From IMG/VR virus record IMGVR_UViG_3300031993_000051: DNA of 11,490 bases; one strand, 5' to 3'. The first letter of the stretch is position 1, and the number at the start of each line of letters is the position of its first letter. The position numbers and the translations under genes are program-made. Shown piece after piece: positions 7,795 to 11,490 of this stretch. The stretch is from a virus (Duplodnaviria; Heunggongvirae; Uroviricota; Caudoviricetes). The notes under the pieces were generated by a model. The model was given only the letters and a program-made list of their open reading frames with translations, had not been told where the DNA came from and searched no databases.

Positions 7795-8346
7795 ATGAAT
7801 CTTAATGAAGCAAAGCAATTTCTTAAAAGACATGGCTTTATCGTAGAAAGAAAGGGTGATTTCGTTGATCCGTCAACAAGACCTGAATTTTATGACCCGG
7901 ATTACTATGCAGAAGATGGTTATGATGCTAGTAGTGAAGAAAGTGATTGTTCAAATTATGCTACCGAGGTTGAAAAATATTTAAAAACAAATTATCCTGA
8001 TAAAAAGGTCGAAGTTAATTATGATATTTCTGACGATGGAGAATATATTAAATATGAATGCGCTGTTGCTTTTATATTTGATCATCTTCCAACATTTGAT
8101 GAAGTAACTGACTGTGAAGATATTTCTTATGACATTGCAAATGATGTAGATGATTGTGGATGTCCATGGGATGATGGCGAAACTTTAATATATGCTGTTG
8201 TCAATGGAAAGAAACAAGATATATCTGATACTTATAATAAAAATCCAGAAGGCATAGAAAACGCTGAATATTTTGAAGTTGTTGAAATGTCTTATGGTAC
8301 AAAACGAATTCCTGAACCAGAAGATCCTCGTGAACCTGAATGGTAA
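7795..8346 (+). CDS. Highly acidic hypothetical protein; candidate late/virion-internal protein
   Basis: 183 aa, GAGG RBS, about 47 D/E versus about 17 K/R by hand count; own promoter and terminator. Confidence 0.85.
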   Translation: MNLNEAKQFLKRHGFIVERKGDFVDPSTRPEFYDPDYYAEDGYDASSEESDCSNYATEVEKYLKTNYPDKKVEVNYDISDDGEYIKYECAVAFIFDHLPTFDEVTDCEDISYDIANDVDDCGCPWDDGETLIYAVVNGKKQDISDTYNKNPEGIENAEYFEVVEMSYGTKRIPEPEDPREPEW

Positions 8347-8363
8347 TTTATTAACATGAAAAT

Positions 8364-8394
8364 AAAAAAGGATTGGATAAAACCAATCCTTTTT
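8364..8394. terminator. Bidirectional intrinsic terminator between convergent genes
   Basis: A6-GGATTGG-ATAAAA-CCAATCC-T5 between the stops at 8346 (+) and 8403 (-). Confidence 0.9.
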
Positions 8395-8402
8395 AAATAT
8401 TA

Positions 8403-8744
8403 TTAAAAACCATATTTAAGTTTTTGAACATAATAGTTCAGTGGTTTGTCATCTTCATTTGCTGCATTAACACATTTGTTATAACGAGTTTGATTGAAGT
8501 ATTTTGATCTTTCCTTGAAAATCATTTCGTGCATATCGTTCATCATTTTGTAACGGTGCATCATGAATTCATTAACAAGTTTTTCTGATGTAACAATATA
8601 ATAATTAAGTGACTTTTTTAAATTATTTTGGTCTACTGCTTTAATATAAGTAATGCATTCATCATAACGGCCAGAAGCAAGAAACTTGCTAATATCTGCC
8701 ATAACTTTTAAATCAGGTGGGAAAAGTTTTAGAAAGAATTTCAT
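8403..8744 (-). CDS. Hypothetical helical protein
   Basis: Start reassigned to ATG 8744 (GGAG at 8754..8751); 113 aa, MKFFLKLFPP... Confidence 0.7.
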   Translation of the reverse strand: MKFFLKLFPPDLKVMADISKFLASGRYDECITYIKAVDQNNLKKSLNYYIVTSEKLVNEFMMHRYKMMNDMHEMIFKERSKYFNQTRYNKCVNAANEDDKPLNYYVQKLKYGF

Positions 8745-8763
8745 TTTAATCTCCAAAAAATGG

Positions 8764-8982
8764 TTATTCCTTAATATTGATTTTGATTTGAGAACCTAAT
8801 GTTCTGATCACAATATCTACGTTTTCTTTTGTAACAGGTTTATGTAATTTTCTCACTACATCTTCAGCCAGTGCATAAATCTGCTTTTCTGTCGCGCCAT
8901 CGGCAACAGCAAGCAGATCTTGCCATACATCTGCAAGGTCATTAAGACCTTCTATATTATATCTGTCTGGAATATTAGGCAT
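8764..8982 (-). CDS. Small hypothetical protein coupled to pncA
   Basis: 72 aa; start overlaps the 3' end of pncA by 8 nt. Confidence 0.7.
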   Translation of the reverse strand: MPNIPDRYNIEGLNDLADVWQDLLAVADGATEKQIYALAEDVVRKLHKPVTKENVDIVIRTLGSQIKINIKE

Positions 8983-9562
8983 TGATTACATCAATCTGTT
9001 GACGCTGGAGACAGAGAATTGCAGCCTTCTGACCTTCTTCATCCAAATCAGCAATGCAGCTTGCATCGACCGTAATCTTCATATTCGGGAATGCAGCTCT
9101 GAGAATAACTGCGTTCGCAAGAACACAAATCGTGCTTACGAAACCCCAAATTTCAATTTCGTCGAATTCAATACCGAGATTTCTGATATATTCAGGAAGA
9201 TCGAGCTTACCGAATGTATACTTATCGACAGAATAGAAATTGTGCTTACCATCTTGGTTCTTCTTCTGAAGTTCATCAAGAATAGTCTTTTCAATTTCCC
9301 AACCATCGGTCAGCTTAATGCAGTGCGGAACTGGAAGCTTCTGACCTTCCAATGTTTCCTCATACGGCTTGCCTTCCATTGGAGGCCAACCAGTAGTAAC
9401 CTGCATCTTGTTAAAGTGAGTATCATGTGTTGCAATGATAGCACCATCCCAGTGCTTAATCTTGTTAACAATATTAGGAACCTTCGCCTGTGCGAATGGG
9501 TTTGCGAGAGCACCAGTAATAAAGTCTACCTGTGCATCAACTAATAAGCCGAGTTTTGCCAT
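8975..9562 (-). CDS. pncA: Nicotinamidase (isochorismatase/cysteine hydrolase family)
   Basis: 195 aa; catalytic Asp (LVDAQVDFITGAL), Lys (DKYTFG) and Cys (GFVSTICV); metal ligands THDTH and PHC with downstream GW; GAGG RBS. Proximity to pncB supports the substrate call. Confidence 0.85.
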   Translation of the reverse strand: MAKLGLLVDAQVDFITGALANPFAQAKVPNIVNKIKHWDGAIIATHDTHFNKMQVTTGWPPMEGKPYEETLEGQKLPVPHCIKLTDGWEIEKTILDELQKKNQDGKHNFYSVDKYTFGKLDLPEYIRNLGIEFDEIEIWGFVSTICVLANAVILRAAFPNMKITVDASCIADLDEEGQKAAILCLQRQQIDVINA

Positions 9563-9588
9563 TGTTATATCCTCTCTTTTTATTTTTA

Positions 9589-9617
9589 AATTTAGTAAAT
9601 TTTTTTGTGTTTGTAAA
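9589..9617 (-). promoter_or_regulatory. Internal early-type promoter for pncA, TTTACA-17-TAAATT
   Basis: -35 at 9617..9612 (TTTACAA, as in the other copies), variant -10 at 9594..9589. Confidence 0.55.
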
Positions 9618-9622
9618 TATGT

Positions 9623-10267
9623 TTATTTATTTTCAGCTTCCTTATAAAGCTTTAAAAATTCTCTTGAAATAAAATTCGTATGAATTCGTTTTTCTTCAAA
9701 AGGTTTGTCAGGTCCATGAACTGCGACATGCATGTTATATGCCAATCTTCGCATACATTGTAAACCTTCTTTGTCATGTTCGAGTTCTTCCGGGAAATCT
9801 CCATGCACTTCATTCCAATACTGACTTCCTACGACAGTCATGGAATGCATAAGAAAATAAGAATTAAGATGAGCAAATGCTAGTTCATTACCTGCACGTC
9901 TCGAAACTGTTATTCCTGCTGCATACTTATTACGCATAACATTTGCGGCAGAATAAAATACACGAGACATAAAATTGGCAAGTTGACCAGTAATTCCAGC
10001 ATAATAAACTGGCGATGCAAAGATAAAACCATCGGCATTCTGTGCTTTTTCAATAAAGCGATTAACTAAATCGTTATCAAAAACGCAATGACCAAGCTTT
10101 TTATCTTTACAGACATTGCAACAAATGCAACCATTCATCTGTGGACCTAACCACATATTATCGATTACATTATCGCCGAGAATTTTAAATTCTTCTTCGA
10201 CTTCATGCAATGCCCTGGCAGTACAACCATCTCGGTGTGGACTACCATTTACCATCAAAATATTCAT
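9623..10267 (-). CDS. Iron-sulfur flavoprotein (Isf-like) / flavodoxin-family NAD(P)H-dependent FMN reductase
   Basis: 214 aa; NGSPHRDGCT FMN-binding loop, compact CxxCxxC...C motif (CICCNVCKDKKLGHC), ADGFIFASPVY, SRRAG, YWNEVHG. Confidence 0.85.
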   Translation of the reverse strand: MNILMVNGSPHRDGCTARALHEVEEEFKILGDNVIDNMWLGPQMNGCICCNVCKDKKLGHCVFDNDLVNRFIEKAQNADGFIFASPVYYAGITGQLANFMSRVFYSAANVMRNKYAAGITVSRRAGNELAFAHLNSYFLMHSMTVVGSQYWNEVHGDFPEELEHDKEGLQCMRRLAYNMHVAVHGPDKPFEEKRIHTNFISREFLKLYKEAENK

Positions 10268-11220
10268 TACTTTTCTGCCTCAAGTGCAATCAACGAGTTA
10301 CCACAAGTAATACGGTCTGCGTCTTCTTCATGCGACGGAATGAAAACGATAACCTGCCAACCTGCATCAACGAGCGGCTTTTCGAACTTTTCGTAAACGT
10401 CAAAATCAAATTCAGTAGTGAAGTTATTTACTGCTGCAGCTTCTGTTGCATGGATAGGAGTAATCTTGACAATGAAACGATCCTTGTCGAAATACTTGTC
10501 CATGAGAGCAGGGTCAAGATTGCACTTGCCAGTTGCTGCAAAGTTCAGAGTATACTTTCTACCAGCAGGAGGCGGAAGACGCTTTGCCAAATCCGAGATT
10601 TCCTGCAAGCTTAACGACTGGTTATTAAACATGTCGTTTCTATCAGCTTCATCAAGGGTATTGATAGAGAACTGAAGACCAATACCACCATTCCACTTTG
10701 CATCGTAACCAAGAGCACACCAGTCTTGGAGGAATGCTTCAAGCTTCTTATTGTTATTCGGAAGCATGGTAGAAACGACAGGATGATATTCCTTGAACCA
10801 GTTATTGGAAATATTACCAATATCACGAGCGACCTTAATTACGTTTGGATTCCAAGTAGGTTCGCCCATTCTTGCAAAGTGGACATTGAGTCTTTCACCT
10901 TGAGTGATCTTAGAGAATGCGATACCATTAACAATTTCGGACATCAATTCAAAGTAGGGGACATTTCCCTTGAAGCCGAACTTAGGACAGTCACAGAACT
11001 TACAGGATTCAAGACAACCCTTCTGGGTAGAAACCGTAACGACAAGCTTATCCGCTACATCGACGGGTTTGTGAACGACCTTTTCGATTCTTTTGGTATA
11101 GCCTAAGAAATCTGCCTTAATGTTATTTTCTTTACCATAATCGCCTACGTAAAGATACTCCAAGTTGAGGTCTGTGTCCGAGACAATCATGCCAGTGTGT
11201 GTTTGAGTTATAGTTCTCAT
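10267..11220 (-). CDS. RlmN/Cfr-like radical SAM enzyme, atypical
   Basis: 317 aa; STQKGCLESCKFC (CxxxCxxC at C69/C73/C76), RMGEP, VST, LQFSIN and C-terminal ITCG align with RlmN; lacks the RlmN N-terminal domain and the C118 equivalent; GGAG RBS. Confidence 0.8.
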   Translation of the reverse strand: MRTITQTHTGMIVSDTDLNLEYLYVGDYGKENNIKADFLGYTKRIEKVVHKPVDVADKLVVTVSTQKGCLESCKFCDCPKFGFKGNVPYFELMSEIVNGIAFSKITQGERLNVHFARMGEPTWNPNVIKVARDIGNISNNWFKEYHPVVSTMLPNNNKKLEAFLQDWCALGYDAKWNGGIGLQFSINTLDEADRNDMFNNQSLSLQEISDLAKRLPPPAGRKYTLNFAATGKCNLDPALMDKYFDKDRFIVKITPIHATEAAAVNNFTTEFDFDVYEKFEKPLVDAGWQVIVFIPSHEEDADRITCGNSLIALEAEK

Positions 11221-11233
11221 TTGTTATTCTCCA

Positions 11234-11305
11234 TTAAAATACTAATGTTAAAAATTTAAAAATTTCTTCCCATGTGAGGGTTACTAATTCTTCGTCTGTA
11301 AACAT
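11234..11305 (-). CDS. 23-aa small ORF MFTDEELVTLTWEEIFKFLTLVF (absent from the ORF track)
   Basis: AAGGAG at 11319..11314, 8 nt before the ATG; the stop TAA is followed immediately by the GGAG RBS of the radical SAM gene. Confidence 0.55.
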   Translation of the reverse strand: MFTDEELVTLTWEEIFKFLTLVF

Positions 11306-11321
11306 GGTAAAATCTCCTTCA

Positions 11322-11350
11322 AATATAAAAAAACAGACCACTTTTGTAAG
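11322..11350 (-). promoter_or_regulatory. Early-type promoter CTTACA-17-TATATT
   Basis: -35 at 11350..11345, -10 at 11327..11322; shares the 13-bp ACCACTTTTGTAA (plus strand) with the copy at 6315..6327. Confidence 0.65.
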
Positions 11351-11356
11351 CGGTCC
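11327..11356 (-). terminator. Intrinsic terminator (candidate attenuator terminator)
   Basis: GGACCGCTT-ACAA-AAGTGGTCT (11356..11335) followed by GT7. Confidence 0.75.
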
Positions 11357-11384
11357 TTAATTGTTAAATGTGGTAAAAAATTAT

Positions 11385-11462
11385 TTACAATATACTAACA
11401 ACCACAAACCGCGGTGACGATTTGCTGTATGATGAATAGTTGTAAGTATTATTAATAAACAT
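11385..11462 (-). CDS. 25-aa candidate leader peptide MFINNTYNYSSYSKSSPRFVVVSIL (absent from the ORF track)
   Basis: GAGG RBS upstream of ATG 11462; TAA at 11387..11385; codons 17-23 overlap a predicted antiterminator strand. Confidence 0.55.
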   Translation of the reverse strand: MFINNTYNYSSYSKSSPRFVVVSIL

Positions 11463-11490
11463 TTGTTTCCTCTGTCTTATATATAATTTT

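Noticed and set aside
10267-11220. Calling the gene cfr (antibiotic resistance) or rlmN
   Set aside because: It lacks the N-terminal domain and the C118 equivalent; the activity cannot be assigned from sequence.
1-11490. Stop-codon reassignment as in some large gut phages
   Set aside because: Full-length genes close properly with TAA, TAG (pncB) and TGA (PARG, 2958..3539) under the standard code.
1-11490. CRISPR array, tRNA, rRNA, integrase or IS element
   Set aside because: I saw no regularly spaced direct repeats, cloverleaf or transposase/recombinase motifs by eye; a tRNAscan/Infernal run would be needed to exclude RNA genes formally.

Overview
This AT-rich, densely packed window looks like the accessory/early region of a large lytic phage with T4-like regulatory signals. 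That assignment is inferred from six sigma70/T4-early-like promoters (YTKACAA-N16-TATATT; one copy has TAAATT), a single TATAAATA late-promoter box, overlapping stop/start codons and the absence of housekeeping or mobile-element genes. It uses the standard genetic code. All genes are on the minus strand except one very acidic protein. Recognisable products are a bacterial-type PARG macrodomain (TIGR02452-like), a PspA/IM30-like coiled-coil protein, nicotinate phosphoribosyltransferase (pncB), nicotinamidase (pncA), an iron-sulfur flavoprotein/flavodoxin-family protein and an atypical RlmN/Cfr-like radical SAM enzyme. Several paralogous small membrane and soluble hypothetical proteins fill the rest. 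The most notable observations are: (1) PncA+PncB, a deamidating NAD+ salvage route distinct from the described phage NARP1/NARP2 pathways, near an ADP-ribose hydrolase; (2) an unannotated 25-codon leader ORF overlapping an 18-bp antiterminator that is mutually exclusive with a terminator upstream of the radical SAM/flavoprotein/pncA operon, i.e. a candidate ribosome-mediated attenuator; (3) a repeated cassette in which the -35 box forms the apex of an intrinsic terminator hairpin; (4) an RlmN-like enzyme lacking the resolving cysteine. No database searches were run, so all novelty statements are unverified.
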